Origin: an uncultured Parachlamydiaceae bacterium
GTDB lineage: Bacteria; Chlamydiota; Chlamydiia; Chlamydiales; Parachlamydiaceae
Length of the DNA: 64,000 nucleotides
Reading direction: 5' to 3'
Assembly: GCA_963703185.1 (NCBI GenBank)
Contig: OY969795.1
Coordinates: forward strand, 375,968-439,967
Of this stretch, positions 18,011 to 27,711 are shown in pieces. The position numbers were made by a program, and so were the translations under genes. How positions within the stretch are numbered: the first letter of the stretch is position 1; the number at the start of each line of letters is the position of its first letter. The notes below the pieces were generated by a model, which saw only the letters and a list, made by a program, of their open reading frames with translations, had not been told where the DNA came from and ran no database searches.

Positions 18011-18769
18011 ATGGATATATCATTAGAGAAAAAATTGGAACGGCTGCGTCTTACAGGAATGAAATGCACCTGTCAAGACCGGATTAAATCGGCTCAAGCG
18101 GAGGGGTGGGCTTACTCAGCCCTCCTCGACATGTTATTAACCGACGAATTGGATCGTCGAAACCAAACGCAAATGGTTCGTCGGCTCGCAAAAAGCGGTT
18201 TAGACATGAACAGAACCATGGACAGCTATGATTTCAAGTTCAATCCAAAACTACAAGTATCATCTTTTAGAGAATTAGCGTGTTGCAAATTTATAGAAAA
18301 TGGAGAGAATATCTTTCTCATTGGACCTAGCGGCGTAGGAAAAAGTCATCTAGCCAATGCTCTTGGCCATGAAGCCTGCCGTAGAGGTTTTGAGGTGCTT
18401 TGCTATAGAACGCACAAGCTTTTTGACTGGATTCATAGCGGGCGCGGCGATGGAACTTACAAAAAGAAGATGGAACAAATCATCAAGATTCCTCTTTTGA
18501 TTCTTGATGACTTCGGCTTACAATCTATGCAGCCGGTTCAGCAAGAAGACCTCTACGAGGTAATTTGCGAGCGATACGAAAAAAGAGCCATGATCATCAC
18601 GAGCAATCGAGATTTATCGGAGTGGGCATCAGTGTTTTCCAATCCGCTAATTGGCAGTGCAGCGATGGATCGATTGGTTCATAAAGGCACTGAATTGATC
18701 ATTGATGGAGCAAGCTATCGGGCAGCTCAATTTAAGAAAAAGACAGTAGCAAAGGGCGGTAAAGTTTAA
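18011..18769 (+). CDS. istB: IS21-family helper ATPase IstB
   Basis: 252 aa. Walker A GPSGVGKSH and Walker B LLILDDFG. Immediately downstream of istA. Confidence 0.9.
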   Translation: MDISLEKKLERLRLTGMKCTCQDRIKSAQAEGWAYSALLDMLLTDELDRRNQTQMVRRLAKSGLDMNRTMDSYDFKFNPKLQVSSFRELACCKFIENGENIFLIGPSGVGKSHLANALGHEACRRGFEVLCYRTHKLFDWIHSGRGDGTYKKKMEQIIKIPLLILDDFGLQSMQPVQQEDLYEVICERYEKRAMIITSNRDLSEWASVFSNPLIGSAAMDRLVHKGTELIIDGASYRAAQFKKKTVAKGGKV

Positions 18770-18916
18770 AATATAATTAGGCTGGTTTTTGGTGGGCGTT
18801 TTTAGCGGCGCGCGGGTGGGTCATTTTGAGTGACCGCCAGGTGGTCCATTTTCGATGACCGCCAAGTGGTCCATTTTAGGCGACCGCCAAATGGGTCATT
18901 TTCGTGGTTGTTGACA

Positions 18917-20593
18917 TCTTCAAAGCTTTGTTGATTTAAGGGGCTAAAAATTTGGCTAAAATCAAACGATTCAAGAGAAGTAAAGGGAATATCCTTATCT
19001 GAAGGATGCATAGCAATCAACTGAACTTCTATCTTAAGATAAATCCCTTTATCTAGAGTTGTATAAATTCCATAAGCCACGCTTGGATGAAGGAAAATTT
19101 CACGTATTTCACCTTCTTGCATTCCACGCATTCTCCATGCTAAACCTGCGATTGCATCGTGCAAATTGATTTTGATCGCATTTTTTGTGTCCCATGTATC
19201 ATTCAAAATGGTGTCATCCGTGTTTTTACTTTGCAATGCATCGTCACGCATTGCTGCAAACTTAAAACATTCCCGGTCCCTTTTTGCAAAGTGCGAACAT
19301 AAATCTTTCCTTTTTCGATAAGGATTAGATTTTTATCTTTATCCAATGCAGAAAAAAAGCAATCTGCTTTCTCTACATTTTCTTTTGCGAGTTTTAAAGC
19401 TTTTAATTTATGATAGTTACATTCATTTCTTAGTTCGGAATCACCGGTATTATTTTGGCAATCTTGCATCCCCCGCATAAATCCGCTCATGAAATTTTCA
19501 TTTTCCCCAGATATCGTATTCCATATATCTGCACTTACAACAAGCGGTAACTGTTTTTTTTCTTCTGAAGTAAATGCAAGAGATTGATCAGCCTGATTAT
19601 GATTTAAAGTTATGCGTGTTTTTGGAAAAAACATTTCCAATATAGGCTGAAGAAAATTTTTTGAAGATAGCAAATGAATAATTTTATCTTGCGTTACTTC
19701 AGGCTCTTGTATTAAACGATCCGATTCCTTATCTTCTCGAAGCCTTCCAAAAATGAAGCGAGGAAGATTCTGAGCAAGCTTAGCTGAAGGTCCCTCTAAT
19801 TTTTGCAGAGAATCAAGGATCTCATCATTCAGTGTCAAATATGCAGTGTCAAATATGAAAAACTTGGTGTTAAGTTAGCTTTTTGTGTTATGTGATTTGA
19901 CTGCAAAAACATATCATTATATTGTCCAAGAAAATTTTTTAAGCCATGATATCTGTTTTTAAAAGGAACTTGTTCTGAAGCGGAGTAATAAGCCTCTTGT
20001 AATTCTTCAATGCGACTAACATACAATGAGTTTTGGGTGCCATACCCTAGCAAAATCCCCGTCAGAACCTTATCACCTTTGAGTACATCATTTAGACTAC
20101 TGCCCGGCGCGAGAAAACTCTCTAGTAAAGTTATGGGAGTAATGTTGGGACCTAAAACATACTGAAAAAGTGCTAAATTTTCCTGTACTTTTTGACAAAA
20201 CAATCTTTTGTTTATGAACAAAACGTGAACCCATTCATTACATAAGAAATCAGGTTGATCGTATATATGAATAATTACTTGACTTTCTTTTCCTTGGAAA
20301 AATTTCTTCCAAACGGCAGCACCCTCTCTAAGGCTAACTGAATCGCGATGTGAATCATATTCCCCAAAAAAAGAGTTTTTTATGCGATACCCATGTGTAC
20401 ACATGGGTTTTTTTTCATAAAGGACATAGCCTCCTTCGCTTTGTCTGACCATCGTATTAAAAAAACTTTCTAAGATAGCAGTCTCTTCTGCTGATAAACA
20501 TACCTCGGTTTCAAATTCACATAATCCATAAGACGGCTTACAAAGAAGCAAGCATATAATATAAATAATCCGCATAAATATTTTTCTTATCAT
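18917..20593 (-). pseudogene. Secreted FKBP-type PPIase-domain protein gene, disrupted several times
   Basis: Three consecutive ORFs (20593-19835, 19838-19203, 19251-18802). Signal peptide MIRKIFMRIIYIICLLLC. FKBP-like block VTMHCKVKT..DDTILNDTWDTKNAIKINLHDAIAGLAWRMRGMQEGEIREIFLHPSVAYG. See finding for the lesions. Confidence 0.75.
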
Positions 20594-20887
20594 GTTATTA
20601 CCTTAATTTGTTTGCCAAGGTGAATGGCATTTGCAACGAAAAGCACACCACCAATTTGCACATCCTCCACAATATGTGCGCCAAATTGGATGCTTGTTTC
20701 CACATAGAGGTTCGTTATAAGGTTTGATTTGTTCATCTTTTTTTACAGCTTCGATATAAATTCCAAACTCATCAATAGCAATCGATTTTAAGGGGATCAA
20801 ATGATCGGAATTAATAAGAAATAAACCTTCATCACAGATGATAAGTTATTGAAAATTAACGTACATTTTATCATTTTTTAATACTTC

Positions 20888-20977
20888 TTATTCAGATGCA
20901 TGACAATAACGCATCAGAATAAAAAATATACAAACCGTAAATGTTAAAAATCGAAATAATTGCTTGATATATTCCAT
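20888..20977 (-). CDS. Possible 29-aa hydrophobic peptide
   Basis: Hand-found: ccaaggaggtattcatt-ATG gives MEYIKQLFRFLTFTVCIFFILMRYCHASE*. Canonical Shine-Dalgarno aaggagg 7 nt upstream. Too short for the ORF track. Confidence 0.3.
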   Translation of the reverse strand: MEYIKQLFRFLTFTVCIFFILMRYCHASE

Positions 20978-21380
20978 AATGAATACCTCCTTGGTTTTCT
21001 TTTGCGGCAAGGCTAGTAAAAAAAACTGTTTATTTTCAAGGAGATTTATGTATTTTTGAATTTTTCCTAAGATTTTTGATAATTGCCTTAAGTTTGATAA
21101 TTGCCTTAGGATAGGCTATCGAACAAATTAAATACAAAATGTAACTAAAAAATATTGTGAATTATTTTTTAAAATTAACATTGCAAAAAAAACACATCAT
21201 TTGATTAAATTGTTTATATTAATTAAATTATAAATTGGAGAACTAACACTTTTAGATATCAATCGCCAATATGCGAAATGAACGACCTTATCATTAAAAA
21301 AAACTTGTGTTGTTGAGGCTCATGTCGCATGATAGTGTCAAAAATCATCTTATCCTTAAGTCTTTAAAACAAGGTTATTA

Positions 21381-23348
21381 ATGAAATATTGTGAATCTAT
21401 CTCTAAAACGAAACGATGGCTGACACGGCAAGTAATGGTCGGTTCTATCGGCGTGGGAGGTCGCAATCCTATTCGCATTCAGTCAATGACGACTTCCAAC
21501 ACGCGCGATGTGGTAGCTACAACTGAACAAATCATGCGTCTGGCCGATGCAGGTTGTGAAATTGCACGCATCACCGTTCAAGGGATGAAAGAGGCTGATG
21601 CTTGCGAGGAGATCAAAAAAAGTTTACTTCGCTACGGCTACACCATCCCTCTGGTCGCCGATATCCATTTCTTTCCGCCGGCTGCCATGCGGGTCGTCGA
21701 TCTTGTCGATAAAGTCCGTGTCAATCCGGGCAATTTCGTCGATAAGCGCGCTTCCTTTAAAATCATTGAGTACGATGACGCTTCCTATGCAAATGAAATC
21801 GAAAAAATCGAAGAAAAATTCACCCCGCTGGTTGAAAAATGCAAAAGGCTCAAACGTTCCATGCGCATTGGTACCAATCACGGTTCACTCTCCGATCGGA
21901 TCATGAACCGCTATGGCGACTCTCCCAATGGGATGTTAGAGTCGGCCTTGGAATTTGCACGCGTCTGCCGCAAGCACGATTTTCACGACTTTATGTTTTC
22001 CATGAAATCATCGAATCCACAGGTGATGATTCAAGCCTACCGTCTTCTCGTCGCGGAAATGATTTCCCTTGGATGGGACTACCCTCTTCATCTAGGTGTG
22101 ACTGAAGCTGGCGAAGGGGAAGATGGTCGGATTAAATCTGCCATGGGGATTGGATCACTGCTTTTAGATGGCATTGGTGATACCATTCGCGTGTCTTTAA
22201 CAGAAGATGCCTGGAACGAAATTGATCCTTGTCAACGACTGATCAGACTGGCAGAAAGTTATGAAGGGCAGGGCGTGACCCCTTTTCAAGAAAATCACCG
22301 TCACATTCAGTCTATTCAAAGGCGTCCCGTAACAATGCCAAAAAACATTGCCATGCATCGCGATGGCACGGTTATGGTCAATGTCAAATTAGAGGAGATC
22401 AACAATAGCTCTTTTTTCGAAAAACTGGGTTGCGATATCCAAGCGGGTCTTCCAAAATTAAAGATTTCGAGCGTTGATAGCGTCGTTGTTGCTAATAACA
22501 TAGACTTATCAGCCGTGCATGCCCCTCTAAAACAATTAAAGGAAACGGGTGTGAGCCTCTTTTCACATCATCCCGATAAGGGGCAGATTCCTTTGCTTAC
22601 CTTGTCCGAAGCTCTAAACATGCACAATAATCGATCCAAAATGGATCGTTTTACACTGATATCTTCTCAAAAAGAGCCTTTGGCAGTCATTATCAACGAT
22701 GAATCTCCCGATCAATGGCCTTCATTGAAAACGATTAATCCAACGCTCATTTTTCTTGCACCGACGTCGCGCCGCCTGCATTATGCGCGCCATTTTTTCG
22801 ATTGGCTGCAATCTAACGACATTCAGACGCCGGTCATTTTAAATTTTCGCTATACCTGTTCGAAAGAGGATCTCATGATTCAATCCGCTGCCGAATATGG
22901 CGCTTTGTTATGCGATGGACTTGGCGAGGGTATTTTGATTGACGCTCCTTATGAGATTGATTTTCTCCGCAACCTTAGCTTTAATATTTTGCAAGCGGCT
23001 AGAATGCGCACTTCCAAAACAGATTTTATTTCTTGTCCAAGTTGTGGCCGTACGCTTTTTAATCTACAGGATGTTTCCAGGCGTATTCGCAGCCGGACCT
23101 CCCATCTTCCGGGTGTAAAAATTGCCATCATGGGATGCATCGTCAATGGACCGGGTGAAATGGCGGATGCGGATTTCGGCTATGTGGGTTCAAAACCTGG
23201 AATGATCGATCTGTATGTTGGCAAAGAATGCATAGAAAAAGATATCAACTTTGCCGATGCAGATGATCGTTTGATTCAGTTGATCAAAAAGCATGGGAGA
23301 TGGGTGGAACCAGAACAGTCGGAAATGCCTGCTCAAGCTGAAAATTAG
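21381..23348 (+). CDS. ispG: 4-hydroxy-3-methylbut-2-en-1-yl diphosphate synthase, long form with insert domain
   Basis: 655 aa. NPIRIQSMTTSNTRDV, GTNHGSLS and a C-terminal CPSCGRT...GCIVNGPGE Fe-S motif. Confidence 0.95.
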   Translation: MKYCESISKTKRWLTRQVMVGSIGVGGRNPIRIQSMTTSNTRDVVATTEQIMRLADAGCEIARITVQGMKEADACEEIKKSLLRYGYTIPLVADIHFFPPAAMRVVDLVDKVRVNPGNFVDKRASFKIIEYDDASYANEIEKIEEKFTPLVEKCKRLKRSMRIGTNHGSLSDRIMNRYGDSPNGMLESALEFARVCRKHDFHDFMFSMKSSNPQVMIQAYRLLVAEMISLGWDYPLHLGVTEAGEGEDGRIKSAMGIGSLLLDGIGDTIRVSLTEDAWNEIDPCQRLIRLAESYEGQGVTPFQENHRHIQSIQRRPVTMPKNIAMHRDGTVMVNVKLEEINNSSFFEKLGCDIQAGLPKLKISSVDSVVVANNIDLSAVHAPLKQLKETGVSLFSHHPDKGQIPLLTLSEALNMHNNRSKMDRFTLISSQKEPLAVIINDESPDQWPSLKTINPTLIFLAPTSRRLHYARHFFDWLQSNDIQTPVILNFRYTCSKEDLMIQSAAEYGALLCDGLGEGILIDAPYEIDFLRNLSFNILQAARMRTSKTDFISCPSCGRTLFNLQDVSRRIRSRTSHLPGVKIAIMGCIVNGPGEMADADFGYVGSKPGMIDLYVGKECIEKDINFADADDRLIQLIKKHGRWVEPEQSEMPAQAEN

Positions 23349-23572
23349 AGGCGCCAAGACACGAAGACGCCACAAATGAATATATAATTAGCCATTTTTT
23401 GTGCGTGTCTTTGTTTTGCTTCTATATAATCGATTAAGCAAAACCAATCCTCAAGCGCCGACAGATCAAACAAGCGCTTTGGCACAAAAGATTAAATCAT
23501 TAATCGCTGCCCTTCATGATCGAAAATCTTAATTTTCGCCATGAAGATTCTCAGCTTTCCAACCAGCGCAGA

Positions 23573-23770
23573 CTATCTCTTTCTAGCAGATTTAGCGCGC
23601 TTGCTAGCAACAACTCTTTTCGTTTTTGTTGCTGTTTTTTTACGTGTTGATTTTGCTTTTGTTGTCGCTTTAACACGTGATTTTGTTGTTCTTTTTGCGG
23701 CTGTTGACGTTTTTTTACGTGCTGGCCGTTTAGTAGACGCTGTCATACTTTTCTCCTGTTTTTGTTTCAC
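23573..23770 (-). CDS. Histone H1-like Lys/Arg/Ala-rich nucleoid protein (chlamydial Hc-like)
   Basis: 65-aa ORF, ...TKRPARKKTSTAAKRTTKSRVKATTKAKSTRKKTATKTKRVVASKRAKSARKR. The composition is typical of chlamydial histone-like proteins. The opposite-strand ORF 23541-23786 is low-complexity antisense. Confidence 0.6.
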   Translation of the reverse strand: MKQKQEKSMTASTKRPARKKTSTAAKRTTKSRVKATTKAKSTRKKTATKTKRVVASKRAKSARKR

Positions 23771-23792
23771 ACAAACATGCGAATGAAAGAAT

Positions 23793-23945
23793 TTATTTCT
23801 TTTTTCGCACTGGAATTTTAGCTCCAGATCTTCTTGCTTCGCTTAACGCGATAGCAACAGCTTGTTTTTGGGGTTTACCTTCATGCATTTCTGTGCGGAT
23901 ATTTTCGCTAATTACTTTTCGACCTTTTCCATGTTTAAGTGGCAT
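23793..23945 (-). CDS. Small conserved protein (50 aa), DUF6496-like
   Basis: Hand translation gives MPLKHGKGRKVISENIRTEMHEGKPQKQAVAIALSEARRSGAKIPVRKKK*. The KQA-AIALSEAR motif recalls a widespread small-protein family. Below the ORF-track length cut-off. Confidence 0.5.
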   Translation of the reverse strand: MPLKHGKGRKVISENIRTEMHEGKPQKQAVAIALSEARRSGAKIPVRKKK

Positions 23946-24109
23946 GAGAACCTCCTAACTTTTTTTGGGCCTCTAAAAACATATGTATACCGACAAGTTA
24001 ATTATGGGAAGTTTTTTTTACTAATAATTAAAAAAAATTCTGTAATGATCTTTTAATGACGTCTGCGAAAAACAGCTAGAAATATGTTTTTAGTATGTTG
24101 CAAAAAGAA

Positions 24110-24150
24110 AAAATAATAAAAAACAGAGTCATTTACGACTCTGCTTTTTA
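24110..24150 (-). terminator. Hairpin plus T-run downstream of 24190-24939
   Basis: cagagtc-atttac-gactctg stem-loop flanked by A/T runs on both sides. Confidence 0.5.
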
Positions 24151-24189
24151 TTACTTAAAACTATGCCCAAAGGCTTTTTTTAAGAATGA

Positions 24190-24939
24190 TCAGTTTTTTG
24201 CTTTATCAACAGGGATAGCAAAGTAAACGCCAAATTCCTGAATGAAATCTACTCCAATGCAAGCATGCACAGCACCTTGTTTATTTTTGAATGTTGCACG
24301 TTCTCCAATTGGAAACATCGGTTGATGCCATACATTTGGATTGATTTGGACGCCAAAAGTCCCATCAAAATAAAAGGCAACAAAGTCTTTGGGTGAAATA
24401 TCATCGCCTGGTTTTGCCAATAAAGCGATAAAAGGTTGCCCATCGGCAGGAAAGAAAACCTGACCTCCATCGGGATGATAATTGGCTTCATGTGTATAGA
24501 TAACATCAGTGCGCTCGGGCAAAATGTTTTCGCTAGGCATAGCCGGATCATCTAACCAACCGGTGATGTAACGCCGCCCAACAGCATGATTTTCAGCATA
24601 TAAGATATTACCGGTGCGCTGCATAGTAAAGCTATCGTTGACAATTCCCCCCTCATTGCCTGTTCCCGGAACAACCGGACGCCATCCTGGCGCCGGCCAA
24701 GTGACAATGATCACCTCTTCAGCATCAAAATCATGCACGATATGCCCAAACCCTTGCAATGTTTCTTCAGAAGCAATCACCAAAGGCACTTCGTAAACTC
24801 CGGCTTCCCCTTGAGCGATGGAAGGCATTTTTGAAAGATCCTGACTTGTCTGATTAGCGATCTCTTGTTCTCCGCCAGCTTGCACTTGCATCATACTCAA
24901 GATTGAAAAGCAGATTCCAATTGCAGTCCAATGTATCAT
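24190..24939 (-). CDS. Secreted cupin protein, ureidoglycolate-lyase-like
   Basis: Start at MIHWTAIGICFSILSMMQVQA (aaggaga upstream). ...EANYHPDGGQVFFP...FVAFYFDG.FGVQINPNVWHQP resembles the ureidoglycolate lyase/AllA fold pattern. Confidence 0.5.
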   Translation of the reverse strand: MIHWTAIGICFSILSMMQVQAGGEQEIANQTSQDLSKMPSIAQGEAGVYEVPLVIASEETLQGFGHIVHDFDAEEVIIVTWPAPGWRPVVPGTGNEGGIVNDSFTMQRTGNILYAENHAVGRRYITGWLDDPAMPSENILPERTDVIYTHEANYHPDGGQVFFPADGQPFIALLAKPGDDISPKDFVAFYFDGTFGVQINPNVWHQPMFPIGERATFKNKQGAVHACIGVDFIQEFGVYFAIPVDKAKN

Positions 24940-25024
24940 TTTCGTCTCCTTGTTAACGAGTTGAAGATGTAGCAAATCATAAATTTAAATTTACGGCAAG
25001 TCTTTTATTCTTTTAAAGATAGGT

Positions 25025-25606
25025 TTAAATTAGATCGCACGCTTCAGGGGGCATCCAATGCGCAGCCTTGCCTTGCCATTTGACATTGCAGCCAAGAGGA
25101 TTGGTCCTTGCTATCGATACAGGCTTTCCTAAAAGCAATTCATCTAAAGCCTTTTCTAAATCATGCGTGGTTGCTTTAGCCGTCTCTTTTGGATTATCGA
25201 CAGCTCTTCCAGTGTAAACAAGTTTACGTTGATTATCAAAAACATAGAAATGGGGCGTGCGAAGCGCGCCATACGCTTTGGCTGTCTTTTGAGATTGATC
25301 ATATAAATAAAGCCATGGAAATTTATGCTTATCCATTCGTTTAACCATCCCTTCAAAAGAATCTTCCGGATAGGTTTCTGCACTATTAGAATTAATCCCC
25401 ACAAATACCACTCCGCGCGCCTTATACTTTTCGACAATTTTCCTGGTCAGTTCATCTGAACCAATCACATAAGGACAATGATTACAGGTAAAAAAAATGA
25501 CTAAAACTTTAGCAGAATCAAAATCATGCAAGGAATATGTCTTTCCATCAGTGGCAGGGAGTTTAAAATTGGGAGCTTTTGCTCCGTTCTCGAGGGTAAA
25601 TGCCAT
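25025..25606 (-). CDS. Thioredoxin-fold redoxin (AhpC/TSA-like) with CxxC
   Basis: 193 aa. APNFKLP..DGK...L.DF...[14 protein letters not shown] motif. Confidence 0.8.
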   Translation of the reverse strand: MAFTLENGAKAPNFKLPATDGKTYSLHDFDSAKVLVIFFTCNHCPYVIGSDELTRKIVEKYKARGVVFVGINSNSAETYPEDSFEGMVKRMDKHKFPWLYLYDQSQKTAKAYGALRTPHFYVFDNQRKLVYTGRAVDNPKETAKATTHDLEKALDELLLGKPVSIARTNPLGCNVKWQGKAAHWMPPEACDLI

Positions 25607-25658
25607 GAATTTTCTCCAATTTATGCAAGTTTGCCATCAGCGTTAATCTAAGAATTAG

Positions 25659-27248
25659 TTACATTTTTTTATCTTCTATCTTTAAAGGCTTTGAAAGATG
25701 TGCTTGAATAAGAAAAGAGTGAGCGCCCGTCTTGGGATTCGTAAATAAAAATCCATGATCTTCCATCAAATCTTTAAGATTTATTCCCCATTGACATTTG
25801 GTATCGAAGGAGTCAAAGGTCGAAGTTCCCGTCATAAGGAGATGGTCATCGGCATTTTTATTGATTAAGGCAAGTTCATAATTAATTTGAATTTTTTCAT
25901 TATCCTGCAATTTTCCTTGAGGGTATGCATAAGCAAATATCCCTAACTGATGTCCTTTTTCTCGTTCTACACTTACTTTCATCTCATAGGCACCGCTTGT
26001 AAACTTCGGTGATTCGATTTTCAGATCTTCAAATTTCATGGTATCAGCAATATCGCAAAACCAATAGAAAAGAATTTTTTCAGGATCTGAAACTGAGGTT
26101 GAAACCTTAAAATCTTTGTCGCAATTCAACTCTATCCATGGAAGAATGAGTTGTCTAGCAGCACGTATTTCAACTTTAGTCTCAGTTTTATCCTGCAATG
26201 CCAGAACAGCAGATATAAAAATCTCCCTTTCAAAGATATTAAATAACTCGTTACCGCCAACATATACATCCTTTAATCTTGCAATGTGCTTCACTGTTGA
26301 ATGTTCTAAATGAATACATTTTTTTATTTGTTTGACGGTGCGTTCATTCAAATCAGACTGATTGCATAACCATTTAATAGCCAAGCTACACACTTCATTC
26401 TCAAAAAGATTTAATTTTTTTGAGCTTAAAAATTTGATCACATGTTCTTCTGAAAGTTTAATGAAATTGGCCCTGGGAGCCTTAAATACTTCACGCGCAT
26501 TGCGTAAAATATAGTTTTTGATTTCATGCTCTAGATCGCAATAGCTGAGATCTTTTTCTTGACTAATTTGATTAATTTTTTCAAAAAAATCCAATGCATT
26601 TTCATAATTGAGCAACTCCAGGCAACCTGAAACACAAAACTCTTTAAGTTCTTTAATATTAAGATCTTCGGCCAACCGATAAATTATAAATAGATTACTT
26701 TCCTTAATTTCTATCTTCGAAAGATATAGATAACTCAAAATATCATTAACAATATTGGGAGGATAAACATCCAGCATCATTTGCAATTTATCCTGGAGTT
26801 GCTGTAAAGCATCTCTCTCTTGACCCGAATTTTTCAATTCAGCCAAATCATTCCAGAACTTCTTTGAGCGCAGAGTGAGTACCATGCTATGCAACTTAAC
26901 TTCTTTACCCCCAACGGTAACGCTCATATCGCATGTTTTCGGTTGATTCTTTAATTTCTTTAGCCGATGGGAAACACAATCGCGTGTCGCGATCATTTTA
27001 ATACGCAATGGTGCCATCTCTTGAGAGTTCTTGATTGATTGGGACCTTTCAATTTCTTCATCAAGAGTTCTAACTCTTCCTCCTAAACGCGGCATCCAAG
27101 CCCAAATTCCTTTATCATATTTAGATTTTTCAACTTGTGTTGATGGATATTGCACAGAAATTTTTGGATAATCTTCTTTAAATCTAAATTTTATATTAGA
27201 TTCTTTTCTATGCGTTCTTTCGGCTGTGTTTCTTTCAACAGGTTCCAT
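25659..27248 (-). CDS. BTB/POZ-domain protein with BACK-like middle region and MATH-like C-terminus
   Basis: 529 aa. CDMSVTVGGKEVKLHSMVLTLRSKKFW is a BTB core. The C-terminal 130 aa have a MATH/TRAF-like pattern (inference). Confidence 0.75.
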   Translation of the reverse strand: MEPVERNTAERTHRKESNIKFRFKEDYPKISVQYPSTQVEKSKYDKGIWAWMPRLGGRVRTLDEEIERSQSIKNSQEMAPLRIKMIATRDCVSHRLKKLKNQPKTCDMSVTVGGKEVKLHSMVLTLRSKKFWNDLAELKNSGQERDALQQLQDKLQMMLDVYPPNIVNDILSYLYLSKIEIKESNLFIIYRLAEDLNIKELKEFCVSGCLELLNYENALDFFEKINQISQEKDLSYCDLEHEIKNYILRNAREVFKAPRANFIKLSEEHVIKFLSSKKLNLFENEVCSLAIKWLCNQSDLNERTVKQIKKCIHLEHSTVKHIARLKDVYVGGNELFNIFEREIFISAVLALQDKTETKVEIRAARQLILPWIELNCDKDFKVSTSVSDPEKILFYWFCDIADTMKFEDLKIESPKFTSGAYEMKVSVEREKGHQLGIFAYAYPQGKLQDNEKIQINYELALINKNADDHLLMTGTSTFDSFDTKCQWGINLKDLMEDHGFLFTNPKTGAHSFLIQAHLSKPLKIEDKKM

Positions 27249-27518
27249 AAAAGTATTCTCCTTTGGTAAATCAACAAGAATAAAAGAAATTTAAATATAA
27301 AAAAATATGTTTAAATGCAAGCTTTTTACCTATAGAGCCTTCCTTGGTCTACGGTGTTATAAAAAACGCTAGCACTCTGCATCTCAATTAACTTATTTAT
27401 CGTGAGAATATTACTTTTTTAACCGAGGGGGATTAGGCATCCATCCTACCCTAAAGTCGATCTTTTTATCATGTTTTCCAATCTTGGTTTCTATTTTAAA
27501 CAAGATCCATAAGATCGA

Positions 27519-27686
27519 TTAGTCGGTTTTAACTTTGTGAGCCTTTTGAAATTGTCTGCGCACCTTTTCCAATTTCTGTGCTTCAATCTGGTTTTTAGCT
27601 TCTTTTGCAGATGGCTCTTTTTCTTGATATAAAGAGCGAATATAACGGTGAACTGTATCGTTTGATATATATCGGTCGTAATTCAT
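27519..27686 (-). CDS. Possible 55-aa basic protein
   Basis: Hand translation gives MNYDRYISNDTVHRYIRSLYQEKEPSAKEAKNQIEAQKLEKVRRQFQKAHKVKTD*. No recognised family. Confidence 0.25.
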   Translation of the reverse strand: MNYDRYISNDTVHRYIRSLYQEKEPSAKEAKNQIEAQKLEKVRRQFQKAHKVKTD

Positions 27687-27711
27687 AATCCCTCTTGAAA
27701 TTTTGGTTTAT

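Larger units (their letters stand above)
16112..18916. mobile_element. IS21-family insertion sequence (istA-istB)
   Basis: TG...CA termini. About 130-bp nearly perfect terminal inverted repeats (16112-16241 vs 18788-18916) with internal about 25-bp iterations. 5-bp target duplication TCTTC at 16107-16111 and 18917-18921. Confidence 0.9.

Noticed and set aside
20603-20800. 65-aa Cys-rich ORF (…CGNKHPIWRTYCGGCANWWCAFRCKCHSPW)
   Set aside because: It has a TTG start, no SD and no recognisable family, and it sits directly upstream of a pseudogene. It is kept out of the feature list as unsupported, although a small Cys-rich peptide cannot be excluded.
23541-23786. Plus-strand 81-aa ORF (FLADLARLLATTLFVFVAVFLRV...)
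   Set aside because: It is the antisense reading of the Lys/Arg/Ala-rich histone-like gene. Its low-complexity Phe/Val/Leu content mirrors AAA/AAG/GCN codons on the other strand.
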